From: a virus
Taxonomy: Duplodnaviria > Heunggongvirae > Uroviricota > Caudoviricetes
DNA length: 41,555 nt
IMG/VR virus record: IMGVR_UViG_2698536372_000033
Strand: one strand, 5' to 3'
Position 1 is the stretch's first letter, and the number at the start of each line of letters is the position of its first letter. Position numbers and translations under genes: made by a program. The notes under the pieces were generated by a model. The model had not been told where the DNA came from and searched no databases. It worked only from the letters and a program-made list of their open reading frames with translations. This document shows positions 29,281 to 37,892 of this stretch, piece by piece.

Positions 29281-29610
29281 GTGCTTGACACACAGGAATT
29301 AGCTCCAGTTGCTATTGCGCTCCTGCTTTCAGTAATTGGTGGGATAGGCACGTTCCTGATGGATGTCCGAGACGGTCGCCAGTCTGGCAATTTGTTGGGA
29401 TTGGTTACGGAGATCTTTGTTGCAGTGACAGCTGGCGCGGTGGCGTACCTATTGGGGCAACACGAGGGCTGGGAGTTATCAATTACGTACTTAATGGTAA
29501 CGATAGCCAGCAATAACGGTCATGAGGTGATTTCAGGGATGAAACGAGTGAATATCGATAGCATTCTGAATGTTCTTACAAGTTTGGTGAAAAAGGGAGG
29601 TGGGAAATGA
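29281..29610 (+). CDS. Small two-helix membrane protein (holin-like topology), gene 1 of novel operon
   Basis: 109 aa; GTG start 5 nt after TAGGAGGG; hydrophobic helices LAPVAIALLLSVIGGIGTFLM and IFVAVTAGAVAYLLG; basic C-terminal tail. Confidence 0.5.
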   Translation: MLDTQELAPVAIALLLSVIGGIGTFLMDVRDGRQSGNLLGLVTEIFVAVTAGAVAYLLGQHEGWELSITYLMVTIASNNGHEVISGMKRVNIDSILNVLTSLVKKGGGK

Positions 29611-30050
29611 TTGGCTGGGGTGTATGCGCTCTTGCGTTAGCCTTAGCCGATCGCTATTTGCTAAAACGCAAGGACATCACGCATTTAGAACTTGGTGATG
29701 TGGAAATTAAACCGGGTTTCATCCGGGTGCCGTTCAAATACCGGTCTAAATTCCCGTTTTTGCGCGGCGCAACGGTCAGATATTGGATCCGCGATGTTCA
29801 GAAGCCAACGACAGTGATTGAAGGCGAACAACGTTGTCTGACGTCGGCTGAACAGGGCGAAAACAGTGAATGGTTGTACATACCCACTGAATATATGGGT
29901 AAAGGAGAACGGCTGTGGCATTTCAACGTCATGGTTACGCATGGCGACTCGTTCATTAACCCGTTGTATCGGATTTTCCCTGTTACTCAGCAAATCCGCA
30001 GAAGTTACGTAATAAATCTCGCACAGGATGTGTCAGATGACGAAAAATAA
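29607..30050 (+). CDS. N-terminally membrane-anchored protein of unknown function, gene 2 of novel operon
   Basis: 147 aa; start overlaps previous stop (ATGA); N-terminal hydrophobic MIGWGVCALALALA. Confidence 0.5.
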   Translation: MIGWGVCALALALADRYLLKRKDITHLELGDVEIKPGFIRVPFKYRSKFPFLRGATVRYWIRDVQKPTTVIEGEQRCLTSAEQGENSEWLYIPTEYMGKGERLWHFNVMVTHGDSFINPLYRIFPVTQQIRRSYVINLAQDVSDDEK

Positions 30051-30639
30051 GTATGCAACGGTCGATTTTGACCAGGTTAATGAAAAGGGGCTGAAATCCC
30101 TTATCGCGGCGATCAATAAAACCGGTGTTACGGTAATTGAGGTTGACTCCAGCAACCGCGCAACAACGAAAGATGGCGTTAAAGTTAAAACCGCAAAGCT
30201 GGTTCTTAACGACGGACAAATTCTTGCCATACAGGTAAACGATACTGGCGATATATCGTCTGTGAGGCTGAATGGAAAAGCTATTCCTAACGCTCAGTCG
30301 CCGGATATCAAGACGCTTGGTACCGTCATGGGGCAAGCGGCCCGCAAAAACTCCGCAAAATTCCAGAAATCACTGATCGCCAAAGCGAAACGTGTTGCCA
30401 ATCCGGTAGACAAGAAACCGGCAGTAAAATCCAACTTTCAGCGCCTGCAAGAGGCAAAACAGCGGAATGCTCAGGTGGTTGCCGCTTATAAATCAGCGCA
30501 GAACTCGGTGTCTTTCAATCAACAGCAGATCACTGATTTGCGGGCGAAGCTGGATAAGGAGACAGGCCGACTCAATAACGAAAAGGCCCGAAATGGCGAA
30601 CTCAAACGCCGTCTTAAGCAACTGAAAGCAGGAAATTAA
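30028..30639 (+). CDS. Coiled-coil protein of unknown function, gene 3 of novel operon
   Basis: 203 aa; overlaps gene 2 by 23 nt; contains motif KNSAKFQ then basic/coiled-coil tail; a 23-nt stretch is near-identical to one in gene 4. Confidence 0.5.
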   Translation: MCQMTKNKYATVDFDQVNEKGLKSLIAAINKTGVTVIEVDSSNRATTKDGVKVKTAKLVLNDGQILAIQVNDTGDISSVRLNGKAIPNAQSPDIKTLGTVMGQAARKNSAKFQKSLIAKAKRVANPVDKKPAVKSNFQRLQEAKQRNAQVVAAYKSAQNSVSFNQQQITDLRAKLDKETGRLNNEKARNGELKRRLKQLKAGN

Positions 30640-30640
30640 C

Positions 30641-32149
30641 ATGGAACAGTTCAATATCAATAAAGGGGTGACGATCAAGCCTGGGCTTGACGTGCTTCCC
30701 CCGCCAGTGACTGATGATGAATATCGCGCATTAATGGCCGGTGAGGACCGCTATCTGATGACGGAATCCAACACCCTGGAGGAAATCGAGGCTACGTTCT
30801 TCTATGACACGCCGATCCACTGGTGTGCTACGGATTTACTGGAGGCGATTAGTTCTACTCGTTTGCAGCTACACCGGACCATGCAGGCATTTGTCCGGGC
30901 ATTGAACCAGAAGCTGAATGGTACCGGAATCTCTGCGGGGAGTGATAAAACGGGGGACGTGGCCCAGAACGGTGCACGCGCGATCGGCGGGGCTGAAATT
31001 GGCCGGGCACGTAACGTTAACGGGCTGCCGGTCCTGCCAGCCATTATTCCGCTCAGTGATGGTCAGACTATCAGCATTCTGTTTCATAGCCCGACAGCGG
31101 AAAACCGGATCACCAATAGCGATACGCTGATTGCTTTCCAGTTCTTACTGAATAAAAAAGACGTTACTCATACCGTTGCTCCGATGAGTGGACGTGATAT
31201 GACGCTGGCGCAGGTCACCATGAAACTTGCCAACCTTGCAGAGAAAAACTCGGCAAAATTCCAGCGTGCGCAGAAGAAGAAAAAAGCCCTGGTTGATGAA
31301 ATAACCCAACTACAGGCTGACAGTGACCAGAAAGAGGATGCCATGAGCGACCTCGCGGATCAGGTGGCAGCGGTAGAAGGGCAGAAGGTAGATCTGGAGC
31401 AGAAAATTAACGCTGTTGCATCGGAAGCGGATTCTCTTTATGAAGAGAATGAGCGTTTGCAGACGGAGATTGATCAGCTCAATCGAACTGGTGGGCGCGA
31501 AACCATTGCTCCTGCGGGGATGACTGGTAGACACTCTCGCGCGATGACGGATCGCCTTGCAAGTATCAAAAATCGTATGCATATGAACGGGGAAGTGACG
31601 CTCAGTAATGGTGCATCAATGAAGCAATTCATTGAGGACGGTGAAGGGTATATCCAGTTAACCGATTCGGATGGCAGCGTGTACATGATCAAGGCTAAAT
31701 CCATACAGGGTGTGGACATGGCAGATGCGATCGGCAAGCTGTTTAAAGCCTATAAAGCGGGTAATGTATCGGAATATCTGGTCCAACCAGAAGAACATAA
31801 ACCGGAAAACGTCGAAAGTACTAAAACGACCAGTTCATTTGATTACGGCACAAAAACTACGAATAGCGCTGGAAATCATTCACACAATATACCTGTTGGT
31901 CACACTGGCGCGGGGAATGGTGTATCAGCCGGTTATAACGCTGCGTTAGGTACTGGTACCACGTCGAGCGCAGGCGAGCATGCTCACAATGTATATATCG
32001 GTGCCCATAACCACACTATCGGCATTGGTGCTCATGCCCATTCTGTCATTATTGGTCCCCACGGACACACCATCACCGTTAACGCTACGGGTAACGAAGA
32101 AAACACCGTAAAAAACATCGCATTTAACTATATTGTGAGGCTTGCATAA
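30641..32149 (+). CDS. Chimeric protein: novel 390-aa N-terminal region (with coiled-coil) fused to the tail-fibre His-rich tip module, gene 4 of novel operon
   Basis: 502 aa; start 2 nt after gene 3 stop; last 115 aa ([10 protein letters not shown]...NYIVRLA) identical to the H tip from the AGTACTAAAACG breakpoint; followed by a tfa copy. Confidence 0.6.
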   Translation: MEQFNINKGVTIKPGLDVLPPPVTDDEYRALMAGEDRYLMTESNTLEEIEATFFYDTPIHWCATDLLEAISSTRLQLHRTMQAFVRALNQKLNGTGISAGSDKTGDVAQNGARAIGGAEIGRARNVNGLPVLPAIIPLSDGQTISILFHSPTAENRITNSDTLIAFQFLLNKKDVTHTVAPMSGRDMTLAQVTMKLANLAEKNSAKFQRAQKKKKALVDEITQLQADSDQKEDAMSDLADQVAAVEGQKVDLEQKINAVASEADSLYEENERLQTEIDQLNRTGGRETIAPAGMTGRHSRAMTDRLASIKNRMHMNGEVTLSNGASMKQFIEDGEGYIQLTDSDGSVYMIKAKSIQGVDMADAIGKLFKAYKAGNVSEYLVQPEEHKPENVESTKTTSSFDYGTKTTNSAGNHSHNIPVGHTGAGNGVSAGYNAALGTGTTSSAGEHAHNVYIGAHNHTIGIGAHAHSVIIGPHGHTITVNATGNEENTVKNIAFNYIVRLA

Positions 32150-32728
32150 TGACATTCAGAATGAGTGAACACTCACGGACCATAAAAATTTATAATCTAC
32201 TGACCGGAACCAATGAGTTTATTGGTGAAGGTGATGCATACATTCCACCTCATACAGGTCTGCCTGCAAACAGTACCGATATTGCCCCGCCAGATATTCC
32301 GGCTGGCTTCGTGGCCGTTTTCAACAGTGATGAGGCATCGTGGCATCTCGTTGAAGACCATCGGGGTAAAACGGTTTATGACGTGGCATCAGGGGACTCG
32401 TTATTTATTTCTGAACTCGGTCCATTACCGGAAAATGTTACCTGGTTGTCGCCGTATGGAGAGTATCAGAAGTGGAACGGCACATCCTGGGTGAAAGATG
32501 CAGAAGCAGAAAAACTGTTTCGGATAAGGGAGGCGGAAGAAACAAAAAAACAGCCTGATGCAGGTAGCCAGCGAGCATATTGCGCCACTTCAGGATGCCG
32601 TAGATTTGGATATTGCAACGGAGGAAGAGGCATCGTTACTGGCTGCATGGAAGACATACCGGGTATTGTTGAATCGTGTTAATACAGCGGTAGCAGCGGA
32701 TGTTGAGTGGCCAGTCGCCCCACAATAA
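32149..32728 (+). pseudogene. Tail fibre assembly chaperone (tfa, copy 4) with +1 frameshift in an A7 run
   Basis: A7 at about 32550-32556 versus A6 in copies 2 and 3; ORF terminates early at 32682 while the shifted frame continues to the normal stop at 32726-32728. Confidence 0.55.
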
Positions 32729-32734
32729 AGAGAA

Positions 32735-32764
32735 AAAGCCATCGATTGAAATATAGATGGCTTT
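32735..32764. terminator. Bidirectional hairpin between convergent tfa copy 4 and acetyltransferase copy 2
   Basis: AAAGCCATC-N12-GATGGCTTT inverted repeat, paralogous to 27917-27944. Confidence 0.45.
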
Positions 32765-32771
32765 ATGTACT

Positions 32772-33377
32772 CTATTTATACAATACAACACCGCTCTTTT
32801 TAGTTATATATGTGCAGTTCGATGGTATATCTTTATTTATAAAAGACATTGCACCTATTTTTACATTATCCCCAATTTTACGTGATAATCCAATGATGCA
32901 ACAATTAGCTCCGATATCAACGTTACTACCAATTTTTACTCTTGAACCAGGCATGTCACCATCTATCTGTCCAATGGTAGTATTCTGTCGTAACACCAGA
33001 TTTTCACCAGCATCAACAGCAAAATGAACAACAATTCCAGCATGATGGGGAATTGTTAACCCTTTTCCAATATTTGCGCCCAATCCAATTTCACAACCAA
33101 ATTTGTTAATTATTTTACTGTTTAACTTTTTGGCTGCTTTCTTATGTAATTTATTACCATTAATATACATTTCGTTAGCCAACCGCCACCAGAAAAGGAA
33201 ATTCCGGTTACGCTGTTTTTTCTCTCTTAAAAGCCTCCAGATATCCATACGTTTCCGCCGAATTACTTCATATTTCCAGAAGTTTTTTAAATTAGTAGAG
33301 TCCCCAAATAAAACAAAGTGAATTGCCATTAAGTAAGACAGCACGATAATCTCCTTAATTATTATTTCAGACCACAC
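32772..33377 (-). CDS. Hexapeptide-repeat acyltransferase, serine O-acetyltransferase (CysE)-like, copy 2
   Basis: 201 aa; same architecture as copy 1 but clearly diverged in sequence (many substitutions), unlike the near-identical fibre-tip copies. Confidence 0.75.
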   Translation of the reverse strand: MWSEIIIKEIIVLSYLMAIHFVLFGDSTNLKNFWKYEVIRRKRMDIWRLLREKKQRNRNFLFWWRLANEMYINGNKLHKKAAKKLNSKIINKFGCEIGLGANIGKGLTIPHHAGIVVHFAVDAGENLVLRQNTTIGQIDGDMPGSRVKIGSNVDIGANCCIIGLSRKIGDNVKIGAMSFINKDIPSNCTYITKKSGVVLYK

Positions 33378-33500
33378 ATATTATAAGGTTAAGAGATTAT
33401 AAAATCCTGTTGTTTGTTATTCAAAAACAATTTTCTGAGAAGGACATACAACAGCAAGTCGCCAGTCACCTTCATCAGGAAATTGGCGACATACGTTAAA

Positions 33501-33995
33501 TCAGAGCAGCCCCTTAACTGAGCTGGTCGCGCTATTAAGGGATGATGTCACCTTATCTTTGAAGCCGGACAACATATCGCTGAACGATGAGGATTGCAGG
33601 CGCTCCCGCAAATCCTCATCACAGCGTTCAAGAGTCAGTGAAAATTCTATCTTTTTCGACTTACCGTAGCGATCAAACTCGGAGCGGGTCGTATTCGTTT
33701 CGGTCAGGACATACATGCCGTAAATCTGCCCGACGCCATCAATCAGAGGCCAGGGCCGTCCTGTATACGCCTGCGTGGTCAGCAGAGACAGCGACACTTC
33801 GCCACCTGTAATTTCAGGATAAAGCACACCAGAAAGAACGATGCGATCATCACCTGCACCGATATACTGCCAGCTTGCTGAACGGTTAACGCGTTCATTT
33901 TTCACATGCCGCCAGCTTTTGTTTTGCTGTAACTGCTGATGCGGCAGCGTGCGCAGCTCAAAAACAAACATGCCATAGATCATCATCATGGCCAT
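33501..33995 (-). CDS. U: Tail protein (P2 gpU-like)
   Basis: 164 aa (P2 U 159 aa); immediately downstream of tape measure gene on the minus strand. Confidence 0.8.
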   Translation of the reverse strand: MAMMMIYGMFVFELRTLPHQQLQQNKSWRHVKNERVNRSASWQYIGAGDDRIVLSGVLYPEITGGEVSLSLLTTQAYTGRPWPLIDGVGQIYGMYVLTETNTTRSEFDRYGKSKKIEFSLTLERCDEDLRERLQSSSFSDMLSGFKDKVTSSLNSATSSVKGLL

Positions 33996-34001
33996 GACTC
34001 C

Positions 34002-36845
34002 TCAATCTTTATCGTAAAAACTGCCACGCCCGGCACGGGCGCGCCGTTCCATTTCTGCCCTGACCATTTCACCGACCAGTTTCGCCAGTTCGCGGGGATT
34101 CTGCGTAACAACGTTATGCAGATGAACATGAATTTCACCGCCAAATCTGGAGACAGCAGGCTCCCGATTACGGGAAGCTGCAGGAACTGATGCCACTGGC
34201 GATCGTATGGCCTCCGCCACCGGGCGGGAGCTGGCCGCAACAACAGGGACCAGCGCCGGAGGCAGCGGAGCCGGGACTACGGGTGTGATATTAATTGCGG
34301 GGGCAGGCTTACTGACCTGCGCAATCTTCCGCTCCTGCCACTCCCCACGAACAGCAAGTGCGCGGGGCAGGTTCTTAAAGACAATATCGCCAGGGCCAAT
34401 GCGTTTTTTCGTCTCATCAACCAGCTTACCTGTGTTATCAGCAATTTTGCTGAGTCTGCGTAGCGTCCCGGTATTGCTGTCTGTGAGCGGTTTGTTGTCT
34501 TTGGGTTTATCACCTCCGGTGCCATTGCCATTTTCCACAGGCTTCGGCGGATTGATTTTCGCCAGGTCCCCCTGAAGTAAGGCAACCTTATCCTGAAGAA
34601 TGGCCGCACGCTGTGCGTCTTCGATTTTCTTGCGCGCCCTTTCCGCTTCATCCGGAAGGACGCCAAGTTTTTCAAGTATCCACGCCAGCGTATCCAGTAG
34701 CATTTTTGCAGGTGTCAGAACAAGTTGTAACGCACCGCCAAGAACGTTACCGAATATCTCGCCAGCACTGGTACATTTATCCAACGTTTCCTTGCTGGAC
34801 TCCATCGGTGACAGCAGCGATTTAAACCAGTTAAACACCTGGCTGATCCCGCTTCCGATTGCGTCAAAAACAGGGCCAAACCGTTCAAAGGTTTCACGCA
34901 ACGGGTTCAGCCTTTCCATAATCCCGCTGAACACCCCGGCAAAAAATGCCCTGATGGGATCCCAGTATTTCCAGATAAGGACGGCAGCTCCGGCAAGCGC
35001 AGCCACGATAAGACCAACCGGACTGAACAGCGCCCCGATAGCGCCTCCCAGTAAAGAAACGGAACCCGTCACCATTCCCCATAGTGCTGGCAGGACCCTG
35101 ACAGCATTCATTGATCCGGTCAGGAGAGAAAAACCAAGACGCAGTTTTGCCAGCGGACCAGCAAGCACACCAATAGCCAGCGACAACGAGCCAACCGTTG
35201 CAGTCATTGCCAGCAACGCACCGCCTGCTATCAGTAGCTGGCGCGTCAGTGCCGGATGGGCCTGCGCCAGCGCCGTCACCCTTGATACCACCCGCGTGAG
35301 CCACTGCGTGACAGAACGCAGCGGACCGTCAATCAGATCTGCAATGCGGATGCGCAACCCTTCCCATGCACTGCCGAGTGATTTCAGATCGCCGTCAAGG
35401 TTGTTGGCCATAACCTTTGCTGTGCGTTCAGCCTCACCGCGCGCGCCTTCAAGTTCTTTTCTCAGTTTGGGTAAGGAACCGTCACCCACTGCATCAACGA
35501 GCGCCATAAACGATGTGAAAGCCTCTTCTCCGGCAATGTCCTTAAAGAACGATACCCGGTCAACTTCCCCGTATTTGCGGGTGGCTTTATAAAGGTCGGC
35601 CAGCACATCCTCCATCGGGCGCATTTTACCCCCGGCATCCGAGACGGACACGCCCAGCTCTTTCAGAGCTTCTGCCGCCGCCTTTGGCGGTGATGCCAGA
35701 CGAGCCAGGCTGGCACGCATTGCCGTCCCGGCATCACTCCCTCTGATGCCCATATTCGCCAGCACACCAGCCATCGCTGCGGCCTGCTCCAGCGATATTC
35801 CCAGCTTACCCGCCACCGGACCTGCATATTTCATGGTTTCGCCCAGTGCGCGAAGGTCAGTGTTGGTACGGGTAAACGCTGCGGTGAGTGTGTCACCGAC
35901 CCGGTCCATCTGGTCAGCAGAAAGGCCGAACTGCGTCAGGATATTTGAGCCAATATCTGCCGTCTCGCCGAGATCCATACCGCCAGCCGTTGCCATGCTC
36001 AGCACTCCGGGAAGCGCAGCCTGAATGGCCTGCGGTGTGAAGCCTGCCATTGCAAGAAATGCCTGCCCACTGGCGGCATCGCCTGCGGTGAACTGCGTTT
36101 CAGAGCCAAGTTTTAACGCCTGCTCACGCAGCGCCTTAAACTGCGGGCTGTTCTGGTCGATTCGCGTCAGCGCCTGAACGCGGGACATCTCTTTGCCGAA
36201 CCCGATCGCGGGCTGCAAAAAACGCCCGGCAGCATAGCCGCCCGCCGCTGCCGCACCAATTGCCAGCGCACCACCTGTTTTCAGTTTTCCCGCGGTTTCC
36301 TGCGCGCGCGAATACCACTTACGCGCCCGCGTTACACGCGCAAGCGCCTGCCGTTCGCGTTCAAGCTGGTTGTTGTACTGTTCGGTGCGTCTGATGGCCT
36401 GCTGGATGGTGTTATCGCTGCCTGTCAGGGAAATGCCGTGGCGTTTCAGCTCTCCGCCAAGCTCCCGCATTTTCTGAATTTCCCGTGTGCGCGATTCATT
36501 CAGGCGTTCAAGCCGGGTGCTTAACTGCTGCATCAGCTTTTGTTGTTTTTCGCTGAGCACTGTACCCGTGCGTTGTAACTGATTAAGGGCGTTAAGCTGG
36601 CGTCGTGCTTTCACGATACCCGCATCCGCTTTACTGACAGCGTCGCGGGCGCGCTCAAATGAACGAGCCTGACGCTCGAGATTTTTAATCGCCCCCTGCG
36701 TTCGCTGGATGGAGTCACCAAACTGCCCCATCAGGCGGCGGGCGTTTTCGGCAGGCCGGGTCAGCCTGTCAACGGCGCTGAAAGCGACCCGGATATCAAG
36801 AGTCTTCATTGTCTGCATTCCCGCTGCGAAGTGCCGCCCGCTCAC
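34002..36845 (-). CDS. T: Tail tape measure protein (P2 gpT-like)
   Basis: 947 aa; long helical N-terminal half, Gly/Ala-rich hydrophobic central segments; follows E/E'. Confidence 0.85.
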   Translation of the reverse strand: MSGRHFAAGMQTMKTLDIRVAFSAVDRLTRPAENARRLMGQFGDSIQRTQGAIKNLERQARSFERARDAVSKADAGIVKARRQLNALNQLQRTGTVLSEKQQKLMQQLSTRLERLNESRTREIQKMRELGGELKRHGISLTGSDNTIQQAIRRTEQYNNQLERERQALARVTRARKWYSRAQETAGKLKTGGALAIGAAAAGGYAAGRFLQPAIGFGKEMSRVQALTRIDQNSPQFKALREQALKLGSETQFTAGDAASGQAFLAMAGFTPQAIQAALPGVLSMATAGGMDLGETADIGSNILTQFGLSADQMDRVGDTLTAAFTRTNTDLRALGETMKYAGPVAGKLGISLEQAAAMAGVLANMGIRGSDAGTAMRASLARLASPPKAAAEALKELGVSVSDAGGKMRPMEDVLADLYKATRKYGEVDRVSFFKDIAGEEAFTSFMALVDAVGDGSLPKLRKELEGARGEAERTAKVMANNLDGDLKSLGSAWEGLRIRIADLIDGPLRSVTQWLTRVVSRVTALAQAHPALTRQLLIAGGALLAMTATVGSLSLAIGVLAGPLAKLRLGFSLLTGSMNAVRVLPALWGMVTGSVSLLGGAIGALFSPVGLIVAALAGAAVLIWKYWDPIRAFFAGVFSGIMERLNPLRETFERFGPVFDAIGSGISQVFNWFKSLLSPMESSKETLDKCTSAGEIFGNVLGGALQLVLTPAKMLLDTLAWILEKLGVLPDEAERARKKIEDAQRAAILQDKVALLQGDLAKINPPKPVENGNGTGGDKPKDNKPLTDSNTGTLRRLSKIADNTGKLVDETKKRIGPGDIVFKNLPRALAVRGEWQERKIAQVSKPAPAINITPVVPAPLPPALVPVVAASSRPVAEAIRSPVASVPAASRNREPAVSRFGGEIHVHLHNVVTQNPRELAKLVGEMVRAEMERRARAGRGSFYDKD

Positions 36846-37325
36846 GCCAGCTAACCACTTCGCCGGGCGTCATCATGAAGATTTCGGCGGGCGACCAGTT
36901 AAAAATAACGGCAATATCTGCCACAAAGTCTTCTATGTGCTCAAAGCACACAACCGTGATCAGGCTTCCGTCGCCTGTTCGTTCTTCCCGCCAGAGTCCG
37001 CACCGCTCAAAAAATTTACGGCAACCACACATAACTGAATAAAGTCACGGGATGCCATTTTTTTGATCGTCACTTCATCCAGTCGCGGTGATGTCACGCG
37101 TGACAGCAGCGTAAACATGGATTCCGCTTTCAGATTCAGCACATCAGACAGCGACAAATCTCGCAGAGATCCAGCCTGCTCAATAGCCCCGGTGATCTCC
37201 ACATACGTGATTTTTTCGCCGCCTCGCTCAATTGGTTGGGTAAGTTTTACACCACGCTCACTGGTTTCTTTCACAGTGTCAGCAACTACCGTGTTTTCGG
37301 TATCGATGTTTTTCGTCTCTTTCAT
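36796..37325 (-). CDS. E: Tail assembly chaperones E and E' (E' made by programmed -1 frameshift)
   Basis: E ORF 36960-37325; slippery heptamer T-TTT-TTG on minus strand (plus coords 37008-37014) links to the -1 frame ORF ending at 36796. Confidence 0.8.
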
Positions 37326-37379
37326 CAGGAAACTCCTTTCAGTCAGAGGCGACGCACTGCGCCGCCTGCATATTACTTA

Positions 37380-37892
37380 TCAGCCAAGCCCGAGCGCGGA
37401 ACGGATGCGATCGGGCACAATGTCCTTGCCGTCCTTCCGGTAAATGAAGTTCAGCAGGTCAATCTCCCACAACGGGCGATCGTTAACACTCAGCTTGTAG
37501 TAGGTGTTTTTAATGGCGTAAGTGTGTGATGTGGCTTCGCCCTGTTTGGCTTCCCCCATATCAATTTCCGTCACACGTCCGCGCATTTCGACTTCATACA
37601 GGTCGCTTTCTGCATCGGTGTAATATTCACCCGCAAAACGCAGCAGCGTGCCGTCAATCGTGCCGCCATACTTAAGGAACAGCTCACGAACTGCGCCCCC
37701 CATGACAAAGCTCGCATCAAGCGCGGAGTCGTCCAGACCGAGATCAATACTTACCGCACCCATCATGCCACCACCCCGGTAGCTGTCGGTTTTGCGCGTC
37801 AGCTTAGGCAGAGTGACGGACGTCACCTTACCCACTTCGTTTTCACCATCCACAAACAGCGTAAAAAAGCGAAGATGTTTTGGTACAGCCAT
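37380..37892 (-). CDS. FII: Tail tube protein (P2 gpFII-like)
   Basis: 170 aa (P2 FII 172 aa); synteny downstream of sheath. Confidence 0.85.
   Translation of the reverse strand: MAVPKHLRFFTLFVDGENEVGKVTSVTLPKLTRKTDSYRGGGMMGAVSIDLGLDDSALDASFVMGGAVRELFLKYGGTIDGTLLRFAGEYYTDAESDLYEVEMRGRVTEIDMGEAKQGEATSHTYAIKNTYYKLSVNDRPLWEIDLLNFIYRKDGKDIVPDRIRSALGLG

Noticed and set aside
29016-29513. 165-aa minus-strand ORF overlapping the start of the novel operon
   Set aside because: Overlaps gene 1 of a translationally coupled plus-strand operon; candidate internal starts have no correctly spaced RBS. The hairpin right after its stop keeps a short C-terminal product as a minor possibility.
24955-32150. 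Regularly recurring near-identical units that could look like a CRISPR array
   Set aside because: Units are about 350-870 bp protein-coding duplications of the fibre tip and tfa, not 25-40 bp repeats with unique spacers; no cas genes.
34207-35592. Plus-strand ORFs (122, 330, 70 aa) inside the tape measure gene
   Set aside because: Antisense shadows of a long GC-rich gene; Ser/Ala/Pro-rich low-complexity products.
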